64,000 bases of DNA from Eledone cirrhosa (Eukaryota), in contig OZ024740.1 of assembly GCA_964016885.1 (NCBI GenBank), forward strand, positions 309,380,001 through 309,444,000, given 5' to 3'. Below are positions 28,566 to 42,688 of the stretch, piece after piece. Position 1 is the first letter of the stretch; every line of letters starts with the position of its first letter. A program made the position numbers and the translations under genes. The notes under the pieces were generated by a model. It saw only the letters and a program-made list of their open reading frames with translations, had not been told where the DNA came from and searched no databases.

Positions 28566-28961
28566 CTTCTGTCCTGCTCCAATTCACTCACACACATATA
28601 TGTTGTTCCTTTAAAACAAAGATATCCATAGTTTCTGCTATTTCATCATGATTTCATATTTCAAAAGTAAGATTTATTGCAGAGATTAATCAATCTTCAT
28701 TCATCAACTCTGTAGTTATAGGAGGGTGCTGTTGTTGTTTCCAAGATTTCACAAACCCACCTGCAGTACAGAAACTAACTAAAAAATTCACCAAAAAAAA
28801 AAAAAGGAATGGAGGTGGTGTTTAAAAAAATAAGTAGAGTGAAAAGAAAACAAAAACAAAAAATATTGTGCTAATGAAATCCCCTATAATTTTAAGACAA
28901 CAGAATTAGTCCTTATTTTTCTTTTTTCTGATTACAAATGAAATAAACTAGAAATAGTATT

Positions 28962-29032
<71 letters not shown>

Positions 29033-29169
29033 TTCATGTCCATTTTCCACTCTAGCATTGGTTAGATGAGCTGTCTCGTTATTAGACAAGCCAGGTTGGA
29101 TGACTGTATTTTGCTCACAAAGAACTGATTTTGGCTTGGTTTCTACCATTGGATGCCATTCCTAACACC

Positions 29170-29490
29170 AACCACTTTTTCAGTGACACTTACATGGCCA
29201 CATACAGTGTGGGCTGGGCGCTTTTTTGTTATGACACCTACACAACCACTTTACAGTGTGGACTTGGAATTTTATGTTGTGATACCTACACAACCACTTT
29301 ATAGTATAGAATGAGCACTTTTTGTTGTGATACCTACATGACCATTTTACAGTGTGGACTGAGTGCTTTTTGTCATGACACCTACACAACTACTTTACAG
29401 TGTGAACTTGGCAATTTTGTCTTGATACCCAGACGACGACTTTACAGTGTGGACTGGGTGTCTTTTGTAATGACACCTGCATGACCACAA
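29170..29490. repeat. About 48-bp minisatellite (about 6 units) derived from a SINE segment
   Basis: Repeats of acaaccactttacagtgtggact..ttttgt.atgacacctac; reverse complement of a segment seen at 8520-8620. Confidence 0.8.
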
Positions 29491-30484
29491 ACAAAAATTC
29501 ATAAACTCTGTTTTATCTAAGAGTATAATCATACTGGAAACTTTAATCATTCCACTCATATGTATTCGTTTCAGTATTATTATTATTTTTTAAAATTAGT
29601 GACTTGTGAATCAAACCTAGTGAGCAGTCAGTCAGCTGAACAACTATCCAACAATAAAAGAAACACGTTTTACTTGACCATTGTCTTAATTTGCAGCTGA
29701 TTGATGAATCTCTAATTAGATTGCAAAACTGTTTTAGTGCCAATGGTCAAATTCAGCTTCATATATGTAGCTACAGGCAGAACAAAATTATTTTTGATGA
29801 GGCAAAATCAAATTTACAGAAGAAAAACATTTTGATATGAATCAATGAATAAAAATGTTTTCATTTTAACTCTGTCTCGACCTCTTAAAACAATTTATTA
29901 TTTTTTTTTTGTTGAAATATGAAAGATTTTATAGAAGTTGCAGTTTTTTTTTTTTAGCTTTTTAATATTCCAGCTTCTTAATTTGACTAAAATGTTCTCT
30001 AAATTATAATCAAATAACTTATTGCTGATGAAAATTAATTAAAAACTTCAAATAGTTACTTTATACTGTATCATGTAGTTACACATTTATTAGATTAAAC
30101 ACTTGCAACTACTCCCGTATACATTAAACATAAAGCTACTCCTAACAATGAGAAACATGGCAACACAAAACACTTTGATGATAATAAATAATTGTATCTT
30201 TTCCTTAACTATAATAAATACGTTAAGCTGTAACTTAAACTTATTAACCCTTCTTTTTAATTAATTACCTTAATTAATGTTTCCTTATTTTTAACACTTG
30301 AAATGAAATAATTGTTTCTACTTTTGACACATAACCAGACTTGAAATGAAATAATAAACATTGTTTTCTTTTGAAATCTTTCATAGTTGTCTTAACATAG
30401 ATGATTATAGTAATAGATTATGACAATAACTATTAGATGAAAAAGTCAAAGAAAATACAGTTGAAGACAAAAAAAACAACAGAA

Positions 30485-30683
30485 GTACTTCTGAGAACTT
30501 GAACCATGTATCTCTTGGTTGACAGGTAAATGTGTTAAGCCATTACACAAAGGAATCTTTGACTACTGATTGCTGTGTTTTAGAATATTTGAAGATTGCA
30601 GCTTGAAGGGACTCCTTAGTGTAATAGCTTAATGCCTTTGTCTGGTATCCAAGAGATGTGGGGTTCGATTCCTCACAGGTACC
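30485..30683. pseudogene. Divergent pair of tRNA-like sequences (tRNA pseudogenes or SINE heads)
   Basis: Plus 30609-30683: tagtgtaatagc A-box, gtgggg-ttcgatt-cctcac T-arm; minus 30485-30558 is similar; anticodon stems imperfect. Confidence 0.5.
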
Positions 30684-31200
30684 TTTGTTCACTATTTTTT
30701 CTGTTACCCGGGGTATTTATCCACTTTTTAAAATTATTTATAGTGATCAACTATTATTATAGTCATTTGCTTAATGACAACTACATTTCAAATTTCAAAT
30801 TCTCTCAATGCTTCTGAAGTTGACCAGATATTATTTTCTTTCATTTAAAGGCAGTAGAGGATCAGACAAAAGGCTTTGTGGCATTTAATTCTGGCTCTTT
30901 ATGTTTTGAGTTCAAATCTTACCAAGGTCAACTTTACTGTTCATTCTTCCAAGATCAATGAAATAAAGTACCAGTCATTCACTATAATCGACGAAACTGA
31001 CTCTCCCTTCCCCACAAATTGTTGGCTTGTGTCTAAATTAAAAACCGATATATTCATTAATTCTCTTTCATTTTTATAGTCTTATTTATTTTTCCCTTTC
31101 ATCACATTCTGTTTTACATAAGAACATTATAAAATCCTGTTCAACTATTCTGGTAACAAAAAATAACTGGTCCAATACTTCCTTTGAGTATAAATAAACT

Positions 31201-31460
31201 TTAACCCTTTTGTTACCATATTTCTAATGAATTACACTGCAAATGTGTTTCAACGAATTTTGGAGATGATAAAAAATTTTGAGGAATTTTGTAAAATAAC
31301 TTTTTCATTAATAAGTTGATGTCTGGAACATTACTTAACAAAAATGTCTTATTTAAAATAATAAAGAGAGGTTTTAATATAAATATAAGCACTTTAAAAC
31401 AGGCAGCTTTATATAATAGAACATGGGCAGTTTCAGGCAGGATGGTATCAAAAGAGTTAA
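31201..31460. mobile_element. TTAA-CCC-terminated MITE-like element (piggyBac-like ends); relatives at 34632-34830 and 50276-50800
   Basis: ttaacccttttgttacc...ggtatcaaaagagttaa imperfect TIR. Confidence 0.5.
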
Positions 31461-33417
31461 ACAATCAAATCCATAAAAGAGTTATCACTTTTATTAGCAG
31501 CAGCAGCATTAATCATGGACACACTAGCTATGTGAATATGGCACCGAACAACCATAACTTTTAGAGAAAGTATGTTTTATATCTAACTGCAGAGACTGCC
31601 TGTCATCTCCGGCCATGACCCCTCACACTAATTGATAAGTTTTTTTGTGCTTACTGAAGATACCATCAGTTCATTATTATTATTATTATTTTTATTATTA
31701 TTATTTTTATTATTGTGTTAGACAAACTCTTAGCACTGTTTGTTCCAGCCATGGTCAACTTTGCCTTCCATCTTTCTGGGGTTAATAAAATAACTACTGG
31801 GGTTGATATAATCAATTTTCTTCTCCCCTCAATATACAGGCCTTGTGCCTCAACAGAAAATCATTATTATTGCCATTACTATCATTGTTATACAATCAAT
31901 TTGGCAAAGTAGTTAGATCATTCACTATTTGTTCTGAGTCTCTAAGTTCAAATGTCACTGAGGTTCACTTTGCTTTTCATCCATTTGAGGTCAATAAAAA
32001 AAGTACAAACATAGTGTTGATGAAGCTTTTACTCCTTCCAGTTGTTACAACCTGGATGTTTTGCTGGATCTGTGATTTTTGACTGCATGGACACCTAAAA
32101 TCTTTAGCGAAAGTATGGTACATACTTCCAAGTCATACTCAATTGTGAGTAAGGGCTGTTGTTTTTACTATCATTGTAATCATCATTTCATCATTTTTTT
32201 GTCCACAACAAAATTTCATTCATTTTATATTTTGTCCATTCATCCTTATCTGTATAAAATGATAGAATTACTAAAATCATGATCTGGTGACAATCTGTAT
32301 TGATATATTTATTATAAATAAGGAATATTTCCTCTGATTAGTCTAGCAATGGTTTGTTCATACCATAGTTGAAAAATTGCTCAATTTCAAATGATATAGT
32401 CCTAATGGCTTTTGGTAAAACATAATGCTATATAAGTTTTGTTGTCAATTTTGCTACTTACCCTTGGGTCTTGAATAATTGTCTCTCCTGCCTTATTAAT
32501 TTTTCAAATCTCCCACCGCTTATTAAATCTATCTCCGGCAAAATTTAATTTAATTGGTAGCATTCCTGCGATAATTAATTTTCTTTAGACTTTAAAAATC
32601 ATTATACATGACAAAAAATGTACATTAGTAGAAATCCCATACATTATAAAATAAATAGTATGGGTTGGTGTCTTAATATGTAAACTAAACAACTTAAAAA
32701 AAAAACAACGGAGACAACGTAGAAAAATTACCGATTTTCCAACACCTCTGCTTATACCACCCTATTATTTGGGACCCGAGAGTATATCTAAATGCAAGTT
32801 TTTACTTTATATACTTATTTTAAAAATAAAATATTCCTCTGCCAAAAATCAAAAAAGAAGAATCATCAAAATGTACTACATTTATCTTTTGTCCAAGTTT
32901 TTCATCCTCAACATTTTCACAAAATTGTCCATTCCTGAAGGAATAACATTTCTTATGTACCTTTTTTTTTTGATGCATTAACTAACAATTGTAAATATGG
33001 AATGGTAAAAGTAAATTTTATTTACTTGTCTCAAAATTGCTTTTATGATGGGAAACTCTTTGCTTGTCTCTTTCTCCTTCATCATCTAAAAAAATTAATT
33101 TAAAGAACCAAATATTAAATGACAACTTAACTCATTGTAAAATGTGTATATTTTGGATTTGTTAGCCTTAGGACAGCACAAAGCATTGACATATTCTTTT
33201 CAAATGGAATTGAAATTTTCCATCTCTCTATCACAAACTAACATTAATTAATTCTCAATGTTCTGTATCACATGAAACCACAATAGCAAGATCTTCAGTT
33301 TCAACAAATATGTGTTCATAAGATTTTACTGATCTCCTGGTTGGATCTAGCATCATGTGTCCATGAAAAATACACATATACACCAATTCCGTACACAAAG
33401 GAACCAAACTTCCACTG

Positions 33418-33565
33418 TCACTGTCTCTGTCTCTCCCACTCTTCCCATCTCTCACTATTATGAGCAAATGGGGACTCATGTACTGGCAGAATAGAGAAGC
33501 TGTTTTTCTGGAGGATGCTAAGGGAGACATGTTGGAAGAGCCATTCTAGGTCAGGCGGCTCACAC
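33418..33565 (-). CDS. Candidate terminal coding exon of an unidentified host gene
   Basis: Strong acceptor tactttttcctgcag; open frame CEPPDLEWLFQHVSLSILQKNSFSILPVHESPFAHNSERWEEWERQRQ-stop; non-repetitive; AATAAA near 33020. Confidence 0.35.
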
Positions 33566-34377
33566 CTGCAGGAAAAAGTATAAAACAGTAATATGACTGC
33601 AATGGATTAAAAATTAAAGTTTTGTTTTTAATACTTCATTTTACAATAATTTGCCTCCGAGTAAACATACTATAAAGATTTGAATTAACAAACCCGTTTT
33701 TAGATATTTTCTGCAAAATCATTACAGGATATTAAGAGTCAATTAAACAGGTTTGTTATGCAGTAAGATCAAATTTGGAAACCACACAACCATGCTTGTC
33801 CCCATGGTTAAATTCATTCAAGTTGTAACCATTTTAGTTGATCCCAGACACAATACACCTAAAACAACATTATTCAATGCATCCTTATTATTTTTTTTAT
33901 AATTCCCAAGATAGTAGTATGTACTTTGAGGAAAATTTTACCTAATTTTCCTACAATGATGATAGGGTCCTATACTTTAAGTAAAGCAAAATCTATAATT
34001 TAAAAAAAAAAGGTAAAATTTGATATATAAATTTAAAAGTAATTTTGCAAATATAGTTGCCACAGTGAAGATAATTAGAATAACTCCTAACATTGGTACA
34101 AGGCCAGAAATTTGGAAAGGGAAATCCTTGGTACTTAACTGGTACGTTATTTTATTAAACTTAGAAGGGTGAAAGGTAAAGTTGACCATACCAAGATTTG
34201 AACTCAGAATATAAAGGGCCAGAATTAAATGCTGCAAAGCATTTTGTTCAATACATTAATGATTCTGCCAATCCACCACCCTTTGTATAATTATAATAAT
34301 AGCTGATAACTATAAATAAATTGGGTAAAGCAATTCTGGAGATGGAAAAAATGTGAGCAGAGACAACTATTATTTAT

Positions 34378-34540
34378 AATGCATTACTGGTACTTTATTC
34401 TATCGACCCCGGAAGGATGAAAGGCAAAGTTAACCCACCGAGGTTAACTTTGCCTTTCATCCTCCCGGGGTCGATAGAATAAAGTACCAGTAATGCATTG
34501 GATAATTGCTGGCCTTGTGCCAAAAGTAGAAACAATTATT
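34378..34540. mobile_element. SINE core arranged as a palindrome
   Basis: About 59-bp arms of the SINE core, head-to-head around 34438. Confidence 0.8.
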
Positions 34541-35509
34541 TATAATTATCAACTATTATAGTTATCTGCATTATGGTGACTACATTTAAAATTACCAAAT
34601 GCTTCATGAGTTATCTAAATCTTGTGTTCATTTAACCCTTTCATGACCTCATTTCTAATGAAATACTCTCTATTTCAATTAATTAATGAACGATTTTGAG
34701 GGATTTCCTAAAATTATAAATTATTTCATTATCAAGATAGTAAGTAACTTACATTGGAAACCTTTAAAATGAGTGGTTTTATTTCATAGAACCAGAGCTG
34801 GTTTGGCTGGGTCAGTAACTAAAGGGTTAAAGGAGTTTTGACAGGATTAAAGATTGCTAATGAATTACCAGAAACATTTTTATTAAAACCAAAAAAAAAA
34901 ACTTCTTTACCCAGTAATCCACATCTTCTTAATAACCAATAATCAAAATTACCTTATTGCAATCTTTAGGTTCTTGGTTCGATCCTACTGTATGGCATCT
35001 TGGACAAGTATTATTTACAATGGTTTGCATTGTCTCATGACTTGAGAGTGAAATTTTGTAGACAGAGAATGTTTGCAAGCCTGTTGGATAGACTGTACCT
35101 GTTAATTCATAGGGCCAGTCATATCCCATGCAGTATCGCTCTGAATCTCCCTGAGAATAAAACTAAGGGTATGCATGTCTGTGGAATACTCATCCACTTA
35201 CACATTTATTTCATGAACAAGCTGTTCCATTGATTGGACATCTGGAACACCTGGAACAGTCATTGTTGAAAAAAAAACTGATCGAGGTCCATTGATCAGT
35301 TAATATTGATTATTATACCCAACCAGTACTGTAGTAAAAGAGATAAGTTCTAATGAAGCTGAATTTCCAATCTAATTTCCATTTCCTTTTGAAGTCATTT
35401 CACAAATGCTGTAAAGTACTTGGAAATGATACGAATATCACATCTCCATTTCTTTTCCACTAAATATCTGAGGCATGGTATCTAGTAAAAAATTATAATC
35501 AATACATAC

Positions 35510-35614
35510 CTTATTGAAATATAATATTTGAATAAAAATAAAGGCATGAACAAGTAAATATGTTGTTTGGGGAAAATCATTTCCATTTGTAAATATTCAC
35601 CCTTTTTTACATTT
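35510..35614 (-). CDS. Candidate 105-nt internal exon, phase-compatible with 33418-33565
   Basis: tttacag acceptor, AG|gtatgt donor; one open frame NVKKGEYLQMEMIFPKQHIYLFMPLFLFKYYISIR. Confidence 0.3.
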
Positions 35615-35671
35615 CTGTAAATATATATAATATTATATTATATTATTTATTTATGTTCATACATGGACCAA

Positions 35672-35762
35672 AAGCGCTACCTAAGGTTTCAAGGCCCAAT
35701 ATTGACAACCATATCTCCTGAATGTAAGAGGGATCAAAATTATGACCCATCTTCAGGCGCTT
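35672..35762 (-). ncRNA. Hammerhead ribozyme motif, 59-nt domain II
   Basis: rc: aagcgc CTGAAGA tgggtc...ggcctt GAAAC cttag GTA gcgctt; perfect 6-bp stem I; partial inverted copy at 36051-36083. Confidence 0.8.
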
Positions 35763-35989
35763 ATATGAGTATATATATATATATATATTTACACACACAT
35801 ATATATATGTATGTGTATATGTATATATATATATATATAAATTTATAAGGTATCTATTTTTAAAGTTCTAGTTAAACTTTAATTAGTTACCTACCTAGCT
35901 ATGTGTGCTTACACACTTTTACAAATTATTCCCTGTGATTGTTTCATATGTTTATTTTAGACATATATATATGTCAATCAATTTCTAGT

Positions 35990-36053
<64 letters not shown>

Positions 36054-37029
36054 GCATATAAGCACCTGAAGATAGGTCACAACAAGCAACAAATCAAATA
36101 CTACAGTACAATGAAGAAATATATTAGTTTAATGCTTGATATAGTTGAAAAGAGTCTTAATGTTTCCGACACTAGCCCTTCACCAAAAGATTGAATGAGA
36201 AATAAAAGAAGAAATAGAAACATAAAGTGAGAAGAGGATGAAATAGATAACAAATTGGGGGAGAAAATGGCTATTTGGGGGAAAATAAGTACCTAACACA
36301 CATATATATATATAGTATAAAAGAACGAAAAATCAGTGATGCATCTGGACTCAATTTATTGCGTGTTACAATTGTTTCACCGGCAGGTAGCTCGAGACAT
36401 GGTCACTGTATGACCCAGTGATAACATTTGCTCCGAACGAACTACCCGTATCTGAAGGAACCTGCAGCCATAGAATCAGCCAGATCCATACAGGGACCAT
36501 GTCTCGAGCTACCTGCCGGCAAAACAATTGTAACACACAATAAATTGAGTCCAGATGCATCACTGATTTTTTGTTCTTTTATACTATCCACACTCTACTC
36601 TGTTGAATATTGAGTGCTAATTTTGGCATACCGCCTATGGAAGCACCATAGCTACCATTATACACAAGTATATATATATATATGTAGGTATGTATACACA
36701 CACACACATACACACACATACATATACATATGTATATGTGCATGTGTGTGTACTTATATATTTTTTCTAGAATGCTCTCTCTTCTACATACACATACACA
36801 CACAATGGTTTTATCCCACTAAAATATTTTGACAAAGAAATTTGTATATAGTCAATAAATTTGTATTGAACATTTATAATATGTTCATAATGTATTTAAC
36901 ATTTTTGATGGGTGCATTGCTTTGAACAGGAGTTTGATTGCAGTTATCTTGTAAATAAATGTACATTTAAGAATATAATTTACCAATATAATTTATTATT
37001 ATCATTATTATTATTTTATTATTATTATT

Positions 37030-37375
37030 TTCAAATCCCGTCGAGGTTAACTTTGCCTTTCATCCTTACGGGGTGATAAAATAAAGTACCAGTAATGTAC
37101 TGGGTAATTACTGGCCTTGTGCCAAAAGTAGAAACAATTATTATTATTTTCAATGAGGATGGTGGTTTGGCAGATTTGTTAAAGTGCTGGACAAATGTTT
37201 TGCAATATTTGTTCTGGCTCTGTACCCTATGATTTCAAATCTCACCAAGGTCAACTTTGCCTTTGATTCTTCCAGAGTCGATAAAATAAAGTACCAGTCA
37301 AAGATTGGGGTCGATATAATCGACTTTCCCCTCCCTTCAAAAATTGCTGGCCTTGTGCCTAAATTAGAAATAATT
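37030..37375 (+). mobile_element. Two tRNA-derived SINE copies
   Basis: Same core as 6148-6530. Confidence 0.75.
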
Positions 37376-38078
37376 TTGTTTTTCTCTCAATGCTAAGATA
37401 TATTCGTGATTCAATATTCTTGCATTCAATACTCCAGCAATGTGTTCCATAACCAACTTTTGACTACAATTATCCTGGTATCAAGAATACAATAATTGTT
37501 GAGAACAATTAGATGTGACATCAGTTCATCAGATATTGTATATATATATAAAGAAAATTTCTAATCTGAGAACATTGTAATTATATGTTAGAGATTTCAT
37601 CACAGGCTATATATCTGTATTAATGAAAAATAAAAGAAATATAAATAAAATGTGTCAAACAATATGATATTGAATTTATTCATGTTTAATTAAACATTAT
37701 CATCATCATCAACGTTTTTATGTCTGTTTTTTGTCCCATACAGTCTTGTTTTGTTTTATTCGTAGTAACTGCTCTTCTACACAGAGTGTATCCTCATATC
37801 CCCAGGCAAATTATATATTCTGAATGACAGAACTCCTGTTAGGGCTACCAAACACATGTTATATGGAATCTTCATTGGTTATCCCCAGTGTCGTAGAAAT
37901 CTGCATGGTGAACTGCCATTGAGTATACCACTGTACTAGAAGGTGGTGGTAAGGAGGGGTTATGGTGGTGACAGCCATAGGGTTTGCCAGACATTTAATA
38001 GCTGACTGAAATGGAATAATACTACAATATTATGTACAGTAAGGTTTGGTTTACCTGTCATGCTTCCCTCCATATATA

Positions 38079-39312
38079 TATCATCATCATCATTTTATGT
38101 CCACTTTTCCCTGCTTGCAAGGGTTGGATGGGTCCTATTCAGTACAGCATCTCTCCACTTGTCACGGTCCTTCGTCATCTCCTCGGTGAGTTTCATCGAT
38201 CTGAGGTCTGCTCTCACCACCTCCGTCCATGTTTTACGTGGTCTATCTCCTCTGCGCCTTCCTTCTACTGGGATTTCTTGGCACTTCTTTACCCAGCAGT
38301 CATCTTCTATGTGCATCACATGTCCATACCATCTCAGCCTTCTCTCCTGCACACCACAACTTATCCCTCTTATACCCAGTTTCTTTCTCAACTCGTCCAT
38401 GCTTGGTCATTCACGCACATTGACATTGCACATCCATGAAACATACTTGCTTCCTTTCTCTCCAGCCGTCGCTTATCCTCTGCAGTTGCCGCCCATGTCT
38501 CACTACCATGCAGCATCGTGCATCTCACACAGGCATCATATAACCGTCCTTTCGTATGCAGGGAGAAACTCTTCTTTGTCAACAAAGGAAGCAGCTCCCT
38601 AAACTTCTTCCAACCTGTCCTTATTCTAGATACTATGGCCTCAGAACGCCCCCCCCCCATGTTAATCTGATCATCTAGGTACCGGAAGCTATCAACCACT
38701 TCTATAGAACCCACCTGCATTGGAAAAGTGTGTCTATCACTGCGATTAATACTGCCAACTTTCCCTGTACAGATACTGCATGTGGTTTTCCCTACCTGTT
38801 AGTTTGCCTGCTATCCCACTGCATCTCTTGTGTACATTTTATGGAATTTATGCCAGTTCCTTTCCTACATATTGAACATGGCATTTCCCTGATGGAATCA
38901 GAGTATTGTCCTCTCTTCTACTTATCAACACTTTTGTCTTAGCTATGTTCACTCTCAGTCCTTTTGATTCCAACTGTTGTTTCCATAGCCAGAATTTATT
39001 CTCTACCTCCTCTCCTGATTCTGATATAAGAACCAGATCATCAGCATAGAGAAGTTCCCATGGACATCCAGTCTTAAACTCCTCTGTTATGGCTTGGAGG
39101 ACTATAATGAACAAGAGTGGGCTGAGGACCGAACCCTGATGTACACATACTTATATCTGGAATTCCTCACTAAACTCCATACCTACTCTCATTTTACTGA
39201 CAGCACCCCTGTACATAGCTTCACTGCTCTCACAAGCCATTCCTCTACACCTAGTTTCCTTAGGGACCACCAGATGACAGATCGGGGTACCCTATCAAAG
39301 GCCTTCTCTAGG
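38079..39312 (-). mobile_element. RTE-clade LINE, 3' 1.2 kb, abutting a PLE
   Basis: PWELLYADDLVL, FRYL, RIRTGWKKFRELLP, RRLRWYGHV; (ATG)n tail at 38079-38092. Confidence 0.92.
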
Positions 39313-41230
39313 TCACCATACACCAGCACCTATCACTCTCTGAAGCTGAGCGCTCCCTCCTCGCCCGTGGTTTGCATTTTATACCAACCACATCAACACG
39401 TGCTGAGATTGAAGGGTTCTTCCGTCAACTAAGTCTCAAAGCTTTTTTTCACAACATGCCATCATCGACACAGATGGATGACTTCACTCGTCGCACTTGC
39501 TGGCAATCATATTGGATGCCGAGCTCTGGCCAGTTCAGCATCCTTGACTCCTTTGTTGATACTTCCCAACGTACTGTGAACCGGTTCCGTTTCCACCAGC
39601 ATTCTTGTCACTCTAACATTACGCGGGCTGAGCTCTCTGCTCTTCACAACCTATGGTGTCGCGATGACGTTGTCATCAAACTTGCTGACTAAGGTGGCAC
39701 TGTGGTGGTTTGGAGTGTTGACCTCTATAAGGCTGAGGCCCTCCGCCAACTTCACAATACCCTATTTTACCGCCCTTTATCCTCCGACATCACTCCTGGC
39801 TACCAACAACTCATGTCCTCCACCATTCACCAGCTCATCCCCTCCTCTCTCCTACCCCCCACAGCCACCAACCTTATAGTACGCACCCCTCACCCACCCA
39901 CTATCTACTTCCTCCCTAAAATATACAAACCAATTAATCACGGCCATCTTATCATTTCCACATCTCTGAATACTTAGATACCTTCCTTGCTCCGTTTATC
40001 GTCAACCTCCCCTTCCACATCCATGACACCAATCATGCCCTTAGACTCTTTAACTCCTTCTCATTCCCTCCTGGCCCCTCTTGTCTTCTCTTTACCCTGG
40101 ATATTACCTCTCTCTATACCATCATCCCTCATGATGATGGCCTCCACGCTCTCCGACACTTTTTACCACATTTAAGCGTGCCCGTAACCTCAGCGACCTC
40201 CTAGTACGCAGTTCCTTCTTGTCCTCTCCTACGACTCCACCTGGCTCTCATCCCCGCTACAACACTTGTCCATTCTTTCCCACCCTCACCACTCTCACAG
40301 GCCCCAACGGTTCATTTTGTATCCGCCACTCCTTCACCTGCACATCCACCCACGTTGTCATGTCCTTATACATCGGACAAACAGGACGCCGTTTGGCGGA
40401 CCGTTTTGCTAAACATTTGAGGGACATACGATTCGGTTTAGATACTCCAGTTGCCCGTCATTTCCCTTCCCCTGGTCACTCTTTCCTACATGTCTCAGTC
40501 TTGGGTGTCCTTTTACATCACGGATCACAGGCCTCGCGCACCAAGACTGAACAGCGTCTGATTTACCGCCTTGGGTCCTGTTTCCCTCATGGACTCAACT
40601 CCCCTCTCCAGTTTCTTTAATACCCCGTCTGTTATCACACACGCGCTTGTACATTCACCCCTAGATTCCCATGGCTCCTTATGGCCAGAAACATATAGTC
40701 TTACAGCTAATACAGACCAACAAAATAAGCACACTCCTCTTTTCTCTTCACTGCTCTGTATACACACACACCCTTATATTAACATACTTTTGCTCATAGC
40801 TTCGTACTTTCAAGCACACACACACACACACACACACTATTTTACTTACATATACACACACATATCCTCTTAGCTTCGTACGGAGGTATAACACACATAC
40901 TCACGCGCGCACATGCACACGCACAAGTATAGCTCTTTATACAAAACGGTTTTTTTTTTTCCATTTCAGGTAGACGCGCTTCATCATCCACTTTTCTAGA
41001 AAAGTATATCATACACAAAACGCCTGCATCAACAGTTTTCCAAGAGTTGGCAACATGAATGGACCTGTTATTTTTCTCTATCGTCCTTATCGTCCCTTCA
41101 ATCTTTCTAATTTCTCATTCTTACTTCTGATGAAGGACTAGCGTCCGTAACGTTAAAACCCTCTTCCTGCTATTTCAATTGTTGACCTAATATATTCCTT
41201 CCATATACTGTACCGATTGTGTTGTTATTT
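39313..41230 (+). mobile_element. Penelope-like element, internally deleted (RT and GIY-YIG remnants)
   Basis: VVIKLAD*GGTVVVW, IYFLPKIYKP, TLDITSLYTIIPH; FTCTSTHVV..LYIGQTGRRLADRFAKH..PVARHF..LIYRLGSCFPHGLN; degenerate ctgatga aggactagcgtcc gtaac at 41127. Confidence 0.9.
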
Positions 41231-41238
41231 CTGTTTAC

Positions 41239-41276
<38 letters not shown>

Positions 41277-41421
41277 TATGGAGAAAATATCGTTTTTCAC
41301 AAAACCAATATAAAAATTGGAAGATGTAGGTGGAGAAGTTAAAACAGCTCAAAATACAGTAATTTATTATAATAAATAATTTATATATATATATGTACGT
41401 ATATATATATATATGTATGTA

Positions 41422-41461
<40 letters not shown>

Positions 41462-42407
41462 CATATATATATATATATAGATATAATAAGGAGTTGACAG
41501 ACCCAGCATATTTATCAATGCCAGGACCGGTTGTATCTCAGCGTACTCAATAGGTAATGTAGGATACATTTCCAGAGTATACACATAGTTATTCGCTTCA
41601 ATACAACACACGTAAAACTTAATGCAGCAGTAGGGTGTACTGCACACTCTGTCTGCATATATTATGCAACTATGCATAATCGGCGTATGTGGCTTCATCA
41701 GCAGGTATCGCCTAATCAATAAGCAATCGATTGACAGAATCCAAACCCCAGCCCATGGCGGCTATGACTGTTTGTGATAACCGACACAGTAAAGTGATTA
41801 GCAACTGGAACCCGATACAACTCTGTTCCCCGACCAGCCACCGATTTACAAATTTCACGTGGTGGCGGGAGAATAGAAAACAAATCTTTTCGTTCCCGTC
41901 AAAAGCATTCAGCCAACGTGTCTCACACACAAATTAATAAGAAGTGAAAAGATGGTTATTATAAATAGCAGTCCCACATCGATGTATAATAGAATGGTAG
42001 CATTCGGCTCATGTCTCCAAGTCCCATGGCTAGAGGAAAGCGATAGTAACAATGGTAGTGCCAAGAACCTTTAACGGGCATTATATGCCAGTATCTATGC
42101 GGCAGCCGCGTGCGTAAACCAGTCTATTTCAGAACTTAAAAGAGTGAGAGATAAAATTAATAGCAGGAATTAGAGCGCATATCCAAACAAAACAATAAAA
42201 AAATGTGAAAAATTGTTTAACTTACACTCATTAATCCGCTAGTTGGGAAATAATATAATAAGGAGTTGGCGGACCCAGCATATTTATCAATGCCAGGACC
42301 GGTTGTATCTCAGCGTACTCAATAGGTAATGTAGGATACATTCCCAGAGTATACACATAGTTATTCGCTGTAATACAACGCACGTGAAACGGGTGCCTAT
42401 AATGGTT

Positions 42408-42518
42408 CCCGGACTCGAGTTTCGGCCACACTTAATGCAGCAGTAGGGTGTACTGCACACTCTGTCTGCATATATTATGCAACTATGCATAATCGGCGTA
42501 TGTGGCTTCATCAGCGGG
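42408..42518 (-). ncRNA. Hammerhead ribozyme motif (GUC site, UCGA loop III, 84-nt branched domain II)
   Basis: rc: cccg CTGATGA agccacat...gtgtggcc GAAAC tcga GTC cggg. Confidence 0.88.
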
Positions 42519-42688
42519 TATCGCCTAATCAATAACCAATCGATTGACAGAATCCAAACCCCAGCCATGGTGGCTATGACTGTTTGTGACGGCCGACACA
42601 GTAAAGTGATTAGCAACTGGAATCCGATACAATTCTGTCCCTCGACCAGCCACCGATTTACAAACTTTACGTGGTGGCGGGAGAATAG

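Noticed and set aside
29170-29490. 48-bp repeat array as a CRISPR
   Set aside because: Whole units repeat without unique spacers and derive from a SINE segment
30609-30683. Functional tRNA gene
   Set aside because: Anticodon and acceptor stems are imperfect; treated as a pseudogene or SINE head
33255-33530. 91-aa ORF MSPLASSRK as a stand-alone gene
   Set aside because: No recognisable homology; a stop lies just upstream in that frame, while another frame is open from the splice acceptor
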